The translations under genes were made by a program, and so were the position numbers. The notes beneath the pieces were generated by a model that saw nothing but the letters and a program-made list of their open reading frames with translations, ran no database searches and was not told the origin of the DNA. A stretch of 60,000 bases of DNA from Amphiscolops sp. MND2022 (taxonomy: Eukaryota). The DNA lies in contig OZ076409.1 in NCBI GenBank assembly GCA_964187785.1, positions 27,840,001 through 27,900,000 of the forward strand. The letters run 5' to 3'. Of this stretch, positions 35,185 through 48,700 are shown piece after piece (position 1 is the first letter of the stretch; the number at the start of each line of letters is the position of its first letter).

Positions 35185-38100
35185 ATGGAGAGTCAAAAAT
35201 CATCAAAAAGCACAAGCTCATCAAGTGGGGAAGTACCCGAAAGAGCAAATGCAAAAACAGAAAAAACTCATCAAAAAATCACGCTACCAACGTTCGAGAA
35301 ACGGGGAATACAAGAGGCAAAACTATGGTGGAGAAGGTTCACCCAGTATATAAAGATGACTCAAAACATCGATCTAAACGAAATGACAACAGATCGCGAA
35401 ATATTGCCGAACTACAGAGACGATCTGGAACACCGGATCAAAGATTTATTTATATGGGCACTCGGCGAGTCAGCGATAACGGAAATGACAAGAACCGTTA
35501 GAGATAATGATCCAAATAAAATGGACATTAACCAACTATATTCACTGTTCCGGTTACACTTCATACCGGAACGAAACAAATTTCACAGCAGAGCAGATTT
35601 CCTTGGGATAACTAGAGAAAAACATGAAACAGCAGAAGATGTGTGGACCAGAATATTACAAGTGGAAAAGAATTGCGAGTTCGAGAATGTGACACCAGCC
35701 GAACTGAAAGCTTCAAAATTTCCCTCTGTAATCGGACGGTCAACCGGTGACTACGAATTAAAAAAGAAAATCCGAAAAAGTGACATGACAATAGAAACAA
35801 TAACCGCATTATTACACGAGCACATGTACGACCGATTGAACGAATCGAACAATTCAAATGATGGAAAGGAGATTAAACATGTGCAGGAACGGCCACACAA
35901 AAGAAAGTGGACAGACAAAACCGATCAAGACAAATTGAAAAGACGACCGGAAAATCAAAAATATAAACAAAGAGATAACCGATGCGGACAATGTGGCGCA
36001 CCAAACTGGACAAGACAACACATATGCCCGGCGAAAATGGCAGAATGCAGAAATTGCAAAAGAAGAGGACACTATGAAAAAATGTGTAGATCCTCAAAAA
36101 GAGTTCAATACATCGAAAAAACAACTTCATCAGCAGAAGAAGACAACTGGGATTACAATAGAATCCAAAGAATAAACGATAAAGAACAGAAGAAAGACTT
36201 CTACAACGCAAAACTATTGGTCAACAACGTACCAATAAAATTCATCATAGACAGCGGCTCACCAGTAACACTAATTCCAGAGTGCTTATTTAACGATATA
36301 ACCACAATTAAACCACTCAAAACCACTTACAAAGATGTAAACAATCAAAGGATTGAATTTACTGAACAAACGAACGCACTGGTGAAAACAAACAAAGAGA
36401 CAATTGAATTACCACTACTGATTACAAAAGCGAAAACATCACCATTGATGGGATTGGACTGGATGCAACGGTTAAAAATCAACCTGAGCTCAAATAACGA
36501 AGCAATCCAAATCCACAATATAAAACTAGACAACATGGACAAGAAAATAATAATACTCCAGAACGACTTCAAAGATTTGTTCTACAACAACTAAGAGATA
36601 AAGAACCTCTCAGTCAAAGTACAATTGAAAGAAGGGGCACAAATAATATAACAAAAAGGAAGACCGATCCCAATACACCTACAAGACCAAGTGGCATTAG
36701 AACTAAAACGACTTATCAAACACGGGTACTTGGAAAGAGCAACAGAAATCACCGAAGATTGTTTTGTGAGTCGCGCAGTGATTACAGTGAAAAAAGACAA
36801 ATCAAAATAAATTGCCCTAGACTCCAGAAAACTCAACGAAGTTACAATAAAGAGAAAAGCTCAGATGCCAAATATGGAAGAGCTAATTTCACGGATATCA
36901 AGAAAGATATCCGAAGGAAAAGAAGGCGAAATTTTGGCAACAAAATTAGATTTTGACCACGCCTACGGTCAGATTAAACTCGACGAAAATACAAAAAACC
37001 TTTGTATATTCACTGTAACAGGAGGGGACTTTACCGGATACTATCGTTTCTTGAAAGGATTTTACGGACTGGCCGATATACCAACAATTTTCCAAGAACG
37101 AATAGACACGACACTTGAACACAAACACCCGGCATGGTTAGACGACATCATTATAGTCACCAAAGGAAGCATTGATGAACACGAAACGGAAGTTCGGGAG
37201 ACAATGAAGAAACTGGAAGAAGCTGGCTATAGACTAAACCCAAAAAAGTGCGAATTTTTCAAAAAAGAAATCGAATGGGTCGGACACAAAATTGACCAGC
37301 AAGGAATACGACCATTACAAGATAAACTAGAAGCCATCACAAAAATCAACATACCAAAAAACGAAAAAGAATTAAAATCATTCCTGGGAGCAAAACAATA
37401 CTTATCAAAGTACATCGAAAATCTGTCAGCAAACACAGACGTACTGAGAAAGCTATTGAAAAAACAAAACGAATGGATTTGGACAGACGAACACACAGAA
37501 GCATTCAACAAGCTAAAAGAAGGCATAACCAGAATACCATGCCTGGCACACTATAACGCACAAAACGAAAACATAATCACCACAGACGCCAGTACAAAAG
37601 GACTGGGGGCAACGTTATGGCAAAAACAAAAAGATGGAAATTTAAAACCAGTCGGATTCGCAAGCAGATATTTATCGGACACAGAAAAGAAATATGCGAT
37701 AAATGAACTAGAACTACTGGCAGTAGTGTGGGGATTGGAACACTTTCGATTATACATATACGGAAAGCCAATAGAACTATTAACAGATCACAAAGCGTTA
37801 GAACCATTAATCAAAAGAAATCGATTGAACAAAACATATAGTGCAAGATTAACAAGATGGTTAGACCGCTTGGCTCATTTTGATATAAACATCAAACATA
37901 TCGCCGGAAAACTTTTAGCACTAACCGATTATCTGAGCAGAAACCCAATCTCAAAACCAGTACCGATTGAAAATTATGATGAAGAGTACGTAATTAATTG
38001 CATAATGCCTTTACTCGAGTTCATCAACAATTATGGCAGCGTCGCCAGTCAAAAGAAATTAGAAGCGCGAACGGATCAAAACGAACAGCGTGAACAAACC

Positions 38101-40422
38101 GTCAACCAATCAGAGCGAAGCAGACCAAACAAACCGAAGTCAAAAGAGAACAAAGCAAACAAACGCAGTTCATCGCTACCACATTCAAATACAGTCGATA
38201 CAAATAAACTCAATACCATTCAAACCGTTCAAGAAATAACAATGGACATTCGTCGAATCGAACAAATTGAAAAAGAAGATCATTCAGAAGAAACACTAAA
38301 CTTGACGAAACGCTGGAGAGAACTAGTCAAACCCGGAGAGTACAGAACATCAAACGGAGCTTGGAAGAAATATAACCCGCCAACACATCACAGAGCAGAA
38401 ATAAAACGGATAGAAATGAGTCTGAACCAACGAAGAAACAGAATGCTCTGGAATCGCATGGAAGAACAAGATGAAGAAGCAAGAGAAGAAAACGAACGAA
38501 GAAATGAGCTGTACCGGGTTATCGAAAAAATCCGAAACTTGCCACAAAAACAAGAAAAACAACTAGAAACAAGCAGTGAAACACAAGAACAAGAAGATTC
38601 ACCAGAAGTAGAAACAGAATCAACAAGTTCAATTGAATCCCTGGGCGTTCCCGCAATAAATTTCAAAAAATACATCGGAGCAACCGGTGTCCGATATATT
38701 CAAATGGGACAAGCCAGTCATATACAAGAAGAAAACAAATGGGATTTAGAAGAAACAATTAGACAAGCGGAGCAGAAATTTGCAACTGACCTGAGAACAA
38801 TTGCTAAAGAAACAACTGACGACGAGAAACTACTAAAAACATTAGTATGCCTCAAAAGAAGAACATTAGAACAAATCCCGGAAGAATACAAAGCCTACCA
38901 AAAACAACTATCAACGAGAGTCGGTGTGGTATTTTACGATGACCGAATTATTATTCCAAAATCACTCAGGACAACCATTATAATGTTACTACACAAAGGA
39001 CACGCGGCCATAAATAAAATGACAGCAGCAGCCAAACCGTTCTGGTGGCCACGACTGATTCGGGACATACAGCAAAAATGCGACGAATGCATCCCGTGCA
39101 AAATGGCAGGTAAGAATATTAAACCACAATTACCAATGACAGAAATTAACTACTTACCACCGGCGGAAAAAACCAACCAAGAAATCCAATTGGATTTCAT
39201 TGGACCAATAAGATTTAAACACCGGAGATTTTACATATTGCTCTCAATAGACCGGAATAGCAGATGGCCGGCGGCATGTATTTGTGAAACACCAACCGGA
39301 AAAACAGCAAAGAACTTTTTGAAACAATACATAACACTGAATGGTTTACCACAAACAATAAGAACAGATAAAAGCACGGCCTTCACCGGAAAAGAATTTA
39401 GAGATTTTTGTAAATCACTAAATATAAAATTAATTTACGGAACACCGTATATTCATACCCCTACCGGATTGGTAGAAAGAGGAATCAAAACACTGAAAGA
39501 GTACTTACGAACTAACCTAGAAGAAGGTTACGTAATAAACGAGGCATTAAGCCGTTCATTAAATGTAATGAGAATGACGATCCATTCAAGCATAAAAGAA
39601 ACACCATTCGAACGTCATTACGGCAGAAAGCCACGAACGGAAATTCATAATTACTTGAATGTGTCACCTAATAAACAATACAATGTTTCAGCAAGACCAG
39701 AGACGCTGCAAGTGTATTCATTTACCAACGGAAACGGAACATACGATCAACTGGTAATGAACACCCCGAGAAAACTAAAGGAAGACGTGAGTAACAAATT
39801 TCCTTACCTCTTTCTCGAAAGAAAACAAAATAGAAACAAATTTGAAAGTATGTACGAAAATAAACCACAAATGGCCGTGGCCGGTACAAAACACACCATA
39901 ATAACGGATACGAACAAAATAATACATAGAAAAAGAGCAAGCAAACCTTTAAACCAAATATTTCAGAATCCTCTATCCCGACGAGGAGAAAACCCGAGGG
40001 GAAAAGATGGAAGGTTCACAACGATCGAACAACAGGAGGACAACACCAATACAGCGGAACACTCAGAAAGATGCAGTACACCGGTGCTAGAAGAAAACGT
40101 GTTAAACAACACACTGACCCCAATGACTCCAGAACTAGACTGGGAGAACACAAACATCAGCCCAGTGTACGGCAGAGGACGAAAGAAGCTAATCAGAGAC
40201 AGAAAGAACACACCAACACCTGGAGCAACAATCAATGGAAGACCAACAACAGAAGAAGATCCAAACGTAATCACAGTGGTAGATGAAAACGGTAATACCG
40301 ATTTAATAAAGTCTGAAAACATAGAACCAAACGAAAACCAAAATGAACAAAATATACGAAAGTCAACCAGACTAAGATCCACTAATCCAAAAAAAAAAAA
40401 TGGAAATCCAATCACATTCTGA
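35185..40422 (+). pseudogene. Single-frame gag-pol of element 3 with two premature TAA stops
   Basis: ORFs 35185-36594 and 36865-40422 share a frame; stops at 36592-36594 and 36649-36651; Gag knuckles, DSGS protease, WLDD RT, RNase H and HHCC/DDE integrase. Confidence 0.92.
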
Positions 40423-40704
40423 CTATTACAGGTAACACCGTTAACAAATGGAACACAAACGACAGCCAGTAAGAGAAGCAAGAAACAACGACCGGAAGGA
40501 GCAAACTCAGAAGAAAGAAGAAAACCGATAAAAGAAGAAGAGGAAGATTGTACGGTGGAAACCGTACCTAAAATAGAAACAAACACTTTGACCATTCGGT
40601 GCTATATTTACCGTTTGAAATTTGAGTTTAACTTTGAGTTCATCTTTGTTATATTTATTTATAGTTACACTGTATGTACACTTACATCCCGAAGGAAGGG
40701 GGAA

Positions 40705-40895
40705 TGTGACATGACGTCATATTATGTACTTATTTACATACATGCTAAAAATAGTAGTACTGACAATTTAGTACCAGTCAATAGTACTACCATGTAACAT
40801 ACATATGCTGACCTATTCACTTAACCTTTATACTTTGATACAGAATAGAAGCTTCAGCATTACATTCTTTTCATACTTATTTGTGAGATACAACA
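40705..40895 (+). repeat. 3' LTR of element 3
   Basis: Direct repeat of 34978-35168. Confidence 0.95.
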
Positions 40896-42072
40896 GTATC
40901 TTATGTCTGACTTCTTGAAACGTTTTTTGAGCACGAAAAGCCTCTTTGGGTTTTGACACCTTTTTATGAGTTTCTTATGAAAAAGTAGAGCATATTTTTG
41001 AAACTTTGCGCTTTTTTCTTCAAGGTGTGGCGCCGACTTGGGACGTTCCCTTCTTCTTGATTATAACAGTAACCGTTGTGTAGTGCGATGTTGCCCCATC
41101 TGTTGACATTTTGATTCGAAGTAGCATGTTTTGAGTTTCAATTGGACATGGTGTGTTGGTTGGGTGAAAACATATTTCTACTACGAAACCATTCCAAGTA
41201 GTTAGCACCTTTTGATAGTTTGAAAGATTTTAGGTAGTTGCTCGACTCTTTTTTAATCGGCGCTTTTCTCAAGAAAAGAGTCGGCTTCGGTCATGGCTTT
41301 TCGTAGTGTTTTTTTATACAGCTGAAGTGACCAAAATAGTCCTATCAGAAGTTCTACAAAATTTTATGGCGCCAAATTGTACCTGTTGGTCCAGGGAACT
41401 GAACCAATTTTTTTTCTATTTCTTTCTTGACAAGGCCGGAGGATGAAACTACAAAAAGTTGAACGTGTGTACGGTTGTAATTGCGAGCAGTTGTAATGTT
41501 TCTTTGGAAAATAGGAGTTCATATAGTATGCACTAACACAGTTTTTCGTATTGAAGCAATGTTGTACTGGTAAACAAACCCATACCTTTAGTTGAAAGTC
41601 ACATGAAAGATAGTTCGGAAAAAAATAGCTCTTAAAAAGTTTCAAAATGCTGTTTGAACAAAAAGTCTTTACAACTGAATTACGTCTGTAGGTATCCCAA
41701 GAAATTGATGATCAATTACACTTTGTGGTAGTCGTGTACCATGTCTTTTTTTACCCCATAAATCGAAGACTGACTATTCTTAATGCAGCTGCACTAAAAG
41801 TATGGAAATTAACTTTGCTAATTGATATTGAAGTTCGTGTTTCCAGCATTTACGGGAGGTTCAAAATAATCAGAGCTTCTTTGACAAAACATTTAGAACA
41901 AACTATGACGGAAACCGTTCTTGGTAAGAGCATTGATTACCTGCTGCACCAGTGCGCTACACAAGAATGCTGGACTCAAAATAAGTTTGATAAATCGGTA
42001 CACATGCAAACTGAGAAATTAATTAATAAGGAGATTTGGGATTTTGGAAGACTTTCCTTTGATAAAGCCTTA

Positions 42073-42530
42073 TAGTTTCTAGCTGTAACAACTGTAGCAA
42101 TAGCCATTCGGAATAGACGCTGCTAAAAACAACTGTAACGACAATTTTCCAGTCAAAATGCATTCAAGGATTAGATTATGGCGACAGTCATTTTTCCTAA
42201 AATAGGCATTACAGCAAACTGCGACCAGTTTTTTGTGTAGCAAAAATCGACAAGTTCTTGTTCATTGACTTCTCCGCTTTGTATAATATACGGATTGTTT
42301 TCGGCGAGTTGGTTTCAACAAGTTTTGCTGGATTCGTTTATTAATAGTATGACGTTTAAAATATTCGTGACAAAAGATATACAGTATATCGAGACAAAAA
42401 AGCGCAAGCTTGATTTGAAAAAATAATGTCGTCATAATCCAATGCTAATGTGCATTGTGACTGAAGGAATTGTCGTTATGATTGTTTTCAGCTGCATCCA
42501 TTTATAATAGGCGTTACAGGCTGGAAACTA
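42073..42530. mobile_element. Old foldback/MITE with about 110-bp degenerate inverted arms
   Basis: 42073-42186 aligns with the reverse complement of 42427-42530 (TAGTTTC.AGC..TGTAAC ... TAACGACAATT....CAGTCA.AATGCA ... GATTATG.CGACA). Confidence 0.6.
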
Positions 42531-43997
42531 AAAACTGGAAAACTCGTACAAACTACTACATCGAAATTTCGTCGCAGGTTACAGTAAATCATCTCAGCCA
42601 AAATTCATGTCAATTTTGTTACGGTACTGTGTAACGGAAAGCGATGATCGGTCGTTTAGCACATTAAAAGAGATGTAGGAACCTGCAAAATGGGTTTATC
42701 GCCGTGACAGGCATCCATCGCCACAAGTCCATTTTGCCTCCAGGGTGAAATACGTCCCGTGGGGCCTTGGGTGAGGTCCCACTCCAGCCGAATACTTACC
42801 AACCAGTCCGAGTATGAGTTAGGGGAATCTTCCTGACATTCTAAGGACCATCACGCCAATAGTTTCTAAGAAGTAATTTCTGGGCTGAGAATAATGTAAA
42901 TTTCCTTTTCCAGGGCGACAGGTAGCCTAAGATCTAAATTGGCTAGCCCTCGATCTAGAAATTACAGTTATAGACAGTAATCATCCATGAAATCATACAT
43001 CGGAACAGCAGACCACACAGGTAAAAGCTGGGCTTCAAGTACCAAACAAAGCCATTCAACCAAAAAGACTCACTCGGTGATTTTTGCTACAACAGGTAGC
43101 ATCTTGCTAAAATACATAAAAACCGCATGTTTAGCAACTGCAAAAAAGTCTTTCAAAGCTCTTCTCAGTTCTCAGCTTCTGTCAGGCTCTCTAGGTCTCG
43201 CTCTCGTCTTTGCTATACATGCAAGGAGGCGGTAACAGCGAAAATAGGAGTCACATGCCCAATGGCATGTCAAACGTCTGATTAGAATTTTCCACAAAAC
43301 TTCTGCAACTTGTTACCATCACATCATTGTACCTGGGGTAACACAATAATGGAAGGTGACATTACGCTGTGTTGAAAACAACGAATTACACTGTAAACTA
43401 CTATCAAAATATCCACGTATTAGGTTTCTGCTCCAAATTAAAAACGAAAAGTTAGTTTGTGACCAGTTTTTCGCTGTTAAACTTCCACAAGTTTTTTTTG
43501 GCGAGTTGTATTTGCCGAGTTGTTTTCGAACAGTTTTCCGCATACTTTATTAAACACAAAAAAATTTGGCAACTGAATTTTCGCGCATGTGCTTCACCGA
43601 ACTGTTAACACACGTATTCACACAAGTGGGCTTCAAGTAATTTCTGGGTATACGTGACACCTCGACCCGCAGGGTTGTCTTCAGGTGAAGCAACTGAACT
43701 GTGTGAAGGCTCAAAATGTTGAGTCTCTCGGTTTTAAGATACAACAAAACAGCTCCAAAAATGTAATCATGACACCCCTTTTTTATTGGAGTCATCTTCA
43801 AAAAACTGCAAAAACAGAGTTACGTCAGATAACGTCATACTATTTATATCACAAGTTTAACGACATGACATTCAAGGTACGATTGGAATTCAAACGGGAA
43901 AAACCCTGGAAACACCGCGAAACATCGTATGAAATGTGTTTCAAATGACATCAAATAGCATAGAATCAAGTAGTCACGTTATATAGTTACTCCTGGT

Positions 43998-44205
43998 AAA
44001 AACGCATAATGACGAGTACGTCACTGCTCGAACCGCAGGGTGCGGTATAATGGTTTTAGTTAAAAATGTAAAAAGGCGCTTATGCGTCAGACCTCGAAAC
44101 GTATAATGCCGCATAGTGATTTTACAAAAAGCGCATACTGATGGGTATACGTGACACCTCGACCCGCATAGTACCGCATAATGGTACTATGCTAAAACGC
44201 AAATT
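43998..44205. repeat. Degenerate ~64-bp minisatellite (3 units)
   Basis: Three units sharing a CGT.A...CTCGA..CG core; a 27-bp block at 44142-44168 is repeated exactly at 43645-43671. Confidence 0.6.
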
Positions 44206-45757
44206 ACTACCTAAGCACAATTCCACGGGTGCTATATCTTTCTAATTACGTCATTTGATGATTGTGTGACTCATTGGACAAACTAATAGATGTTTTCAAT
44301 GCAATATCAGAGTTCATTAGCTCATGTTGGAAGGGTTCATTCGGGAAAAACTGTTTGCAAAATAATAATTTACATGACGTCATAAGAAACAAACAAAAGA
44401 CAAATAAAACATCAGTTCATCAGTTTTAGAGTTTTTGATCACTTCTAGGCCTCGTTTACCTTTTGCTGTTCCACTCCGGTTCCCACACAGCTGCTGGGCT
44501 GTGACACCACTCAAATCAGAAAACTTTAGACAACAATATGCCATTTGTTCGGGACTTACCTTTGTAAGAACAATGGATTTTGGAATTTTATGAAATAGCC
44601 CTTCTCACTTTCACATTATTTTTTTAGAACTGAAACTGAACAAGTTCGACATGTTTCCCCTGGGTTTTTTCATTATCAAAAATTTGGAATTTCTTCAAAT
44701 ATTCATCACAAACAGCGAACAGTCGGTTGAATTACGTAATCGAATGCTGTTTTAATGTAACTGACCCTTTGAACTATCCCCTAAAGCATAATATCATTGA
44801 ACTATACGAAACGTTACAGCAAATTATATAAGAACGCTTTCGCAAGAATCATTCTATATTGTCGCAGGCTGCCACTTGCGACGGCATATTCTACCAAGTT
44901 ATGCCGAACGACGACCAAAGCAACCCTGGACCGGGAGTCTTACCCATATAGGAAATATTTTAACCTTACCAAAATCTCAAAACAACAAACTGTTACGCAT
45001 TTATACTGTTAAAGATGATACAATGATGATTTTAGGCTGCATATAAATTTTTGTAAAGTTTACCAAAGATCAACTTGACAGCATCGTTATACTTATCTTA
45101 TTCCAAGTATTGAATTGGATATTACTTTGCACGAATTTGCTTAGCAAATTTATTACACGGACAATGCGTCAGATTTTTTCAGTACAATAGTTTGGTAATT
45201 GTGTAGTAAAACAGGCTGAAAAGTGCTCTAAAAGCTAGTAATACAAGCGAGAAAGAAGGAAAACGCGTTCAACCTACTCACTACTGCAGTTAGGATGACG
45301 CCTTGTCCAAACTTATTTCAGCCAATCAGATCGCAGTACGAGCCATTCACTGCAGTCACGCAGACCCTCGGTCAGAAGTAGTATTGTTTTGAGTACTGAT
45401 ACTGCCGCTACATGTAATGTTGCTTTTTACCTAGATTCAGTAATTTGCAAATATTACGCCACAAGTTTGATTCTACAACTCCCCAGCAAAATTGACGTAA
45501 TGTCTGGTGCCCTCGTCAATTTTTAGATTGCATGACCTAATATTGAGGTTAAAGGTAAATTTAGACTGATCTCGACCTAAATTCAGCTACACGACGTACA
45601 AAATTGTGGGTGTCATGGTATTTTAGCTATACATACCCGGAAATAGTTACTGAAATAATCATTGTTGATATTGCTGATATACAATACATAAAACCGTTTC
45701 ATCTAATTCATTTTGACTCTTTGTCAATTTATTGTTGAATACGAATACTTTCTTGTT

Positions 45758-48700
45758 ATGCCTTCAACTAGGAAACAGGAAGCCAAAGAAAAGCGTTCAA
45801 GGCAATCAGACGTAATGTCTGATCTTGAAAACATGGATGTGTTAGGTAACTATGCAGAAGAAAATTACGAAATACAAGAAGAGAATGTTGAAAATGAAAT
45901 AGACTTAAGGTCAACTAGACAAGATCAAGAATTGGACCATAGTGACGAAGAATTCAAGTCTTACGTAAACACTAATCTTAGTGAAAATAATGGTTTGACT
46001 GTAGAGACTAACAGAGCAATTAACTTCTCCTCAGGTTTCAGGACAACTAAAAGAACTCAAGTCTAAACTGAACGCTCAGATTATAGAAGAAATTAGCTCA
46101 GCTATAGCTGAAAAGGTACTCCTGTTGATAAAAAATGCAATAAGACCAACTAAAAGAGCTTTTTATACAAAAACAGACCTTTGGTCAGGCGGACAGAATC
46201 AGGGCAAGTTTGTACAACTAACTCAGAAACGTGACCTAAGGTCAGGAGGACTGCATCCAAAAAATATTGGCCAAACGTCTCAGTACTGTGACCGTCGGAC
46301 AGCATCAGAGTGAGTTGGCACAAGCAACGCAGAAAAGTGACCTTGGTCAGGTAGACATCATCTATGCAAAACAGGACCAATGACTCAGAAATGTGACCCT
46401 CGGTCATATAGACCGCATCTAAGTAACAATAGCCAAATGGCCCAGAAGTCTCAGAATGACTTCCCCTGGTTGATTACAACTAGTAGTAACCACAATAATC
46501 ACTGTAGAGATAATAGAGTGGATTCCCATCAGAGTGGTGAAGATGGCTGCAACATGGTGACAGGAGCCAACCTTACCCCACAAATGGTCCCTAAATTTTT
46601 GACTGATTGCCCATGCAATTCCGAACCAAAAATCTCGACCAAAAACTAGAAACGATGACACGCTAGAATCACCCCTTCCAGGAAAACAAATACCAGTCCA
46701 TACTAACACCCATTACTCTCGCCCAGAAAATCCGATGGATCTTAATCGCCGCGCAGACGTGATCATGGGAATGAACAACAAATCGTCAGCACAAACCCTG
46801 ATAAAACGACCAGTCAGTACAACCACACTGACGTTCGGTGGTAAATCCGAAAAGTATGAAATATTTGAAGATCTTTATAACACAATGATAAAGATGCAAC
46901 CTGACATGACGGAAACAATTAAAATCAACCATTTTCACTCACTGTTGAGCAAAAACGTGCTACAGAAAATCCGCAACATTAGGTCGACTAATAAGCAAAC
47001 TCTGGAAGACATAAAACCGGTCTTCCGCAGGAAATACGTAAAACCTGAATCTCAGGCGACTGCCAAACACAAGTGGCATACACTGCTATTTGACCAAAAC
47101 ACCATGAAACAGTCGGATTTCCTTGAGGAACTCAACCAAAGCGCCAAAAAAAACATTTGGGGAACACGCACAAGCAATGGTCGACAGTCTCTTTTACGCC
47201 AAATTGCCAACCAAACTGAAACGCTAAGTCAATATGGCCAGAATTGAAAATGGAACCTATGAAGAAATTGTCGCTCACTTAGAACGTGAGCTGGAGCTTA
47301 ACGAACTTGAGGAAGGCTGTGACATTACCACCTCCACAAAATCCACAGCCCCAACAGCAACACGACGAGGACAAAGCCTCCTTTCATCAAGCAAAGACCC
47401 AGGAATCACTTGCAATTATTGCAAGAAACCAGGTCATACCAAAGATGACTGCTGAAAACACGAACGATAGGAGGAGGGTAAACGTGATGTCTAGACCACC
47501 AAAAAAGAGAACCCCAAATGCCCCACTTGCGGCAAAGCCAACCAACCCGCCGAACGGTGATGAAAGGGCGCCTGAGTCCATCTCAAGCCCAAAAACCTGA
47601 AATTGGATGATTATACTACGGAAGAATCCACCACCAGTCAAACTAACAATAATGACAAATCTACAACTTCTATACTCAAAAATCCAAAACACTAGATTCG
47701 ACACGACTCCATATCAACGAGGAACTTCCTCTCAGAATATATAATATCTGACCCCTCTATTATAACTATTATAACGAATATTCTTCATCACTTAAACCAA
47801 ACTCATCAGCTGACTGGCAGCAACAGGCGAAACATTCTTCCATTAATTTACCCAACTTGGACATTCAGTCCAACAGACAGCAATGCAATATTACTACTGT
47901 TTGCTCTCTACCCCTTATTTTTAAATACAACCCCTACTACCTTGACCCAGACTTTAATTTTAACCCCTTTTGGGACATTCAAATGTACAACCAACATCAT
48001 CTGCACTTTTACACCATTTTTAACAAAAATACTATAGAACTAGAATCTGATTCACCCGAAACCAACCAGATTCTCAACGTTGTTCTATCCAAGGCTCTCG
48101 TGGATAATCGGCAAAGCCGATGGGCTGACTCTCACCTGACAAACCATGAGGCGCAACGGAAGGAGCTTCCCCAAGACGGACACTTGGTCACGTTGGCCGC
48201 AACTGTGGAAGAACGATTTGTCAACACACTAATCTCAGGAGATTGTGAACCCGACTACGTCCCGTTAACAACAAACCTTGGACTCAAATATAGAGACGTA
48301 TGCTCTACTTCCATAGGATTTTGGCGAACTAACATTAGACGGCCTTGTAGACACGGGAGCGCATTCCCAGAAGCTGATCTACGTGAAAACCGAATATTAT
48401 TTCCTCAGTCGATAATTTAAGAGGGCTCAGCTCCCAACATCCAAATAATCGTTGCTTATGGACAGCTGGAGAATCCAAAAAGTAGAATCGAGCTAAAAGT
48501 TGAGATCGGCGACATCGATTTCCACGAGATCTTCTTAGTCTTGGAAATGCTTACAAATCCATTAATCGGTCTTACGTTCCTCCAACGGAACAACACCATA
48601 CTAGGCATGCAACAGGGGGACGTAAACTTCCCCTTCTTTTCCATGCAATTAAAAACCGCGGACCACAAGTACACTAATGTCACGGAACCCATCTGCACAC

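Larger units (their letters stand above)
34978..40895 (+). mobile_element. Full-length Ty3/gypsy (Mag-like) LTR retrotransposon 3
   Basis: 191-bp LTRs at 34978-35168 and 40705-40895, identical by eye; flanks GTACC/GTATC; PBS TGGCGCAGT; PPT GAAGGAAGGGGGAA. Confidence 0.96.

Noticed and set aside
45202..45477. TGTAG...CTACA segment as a possible LTR of the decayed gypsy
   Set aside because: No second copy, TSD or convincing PBS in the window.
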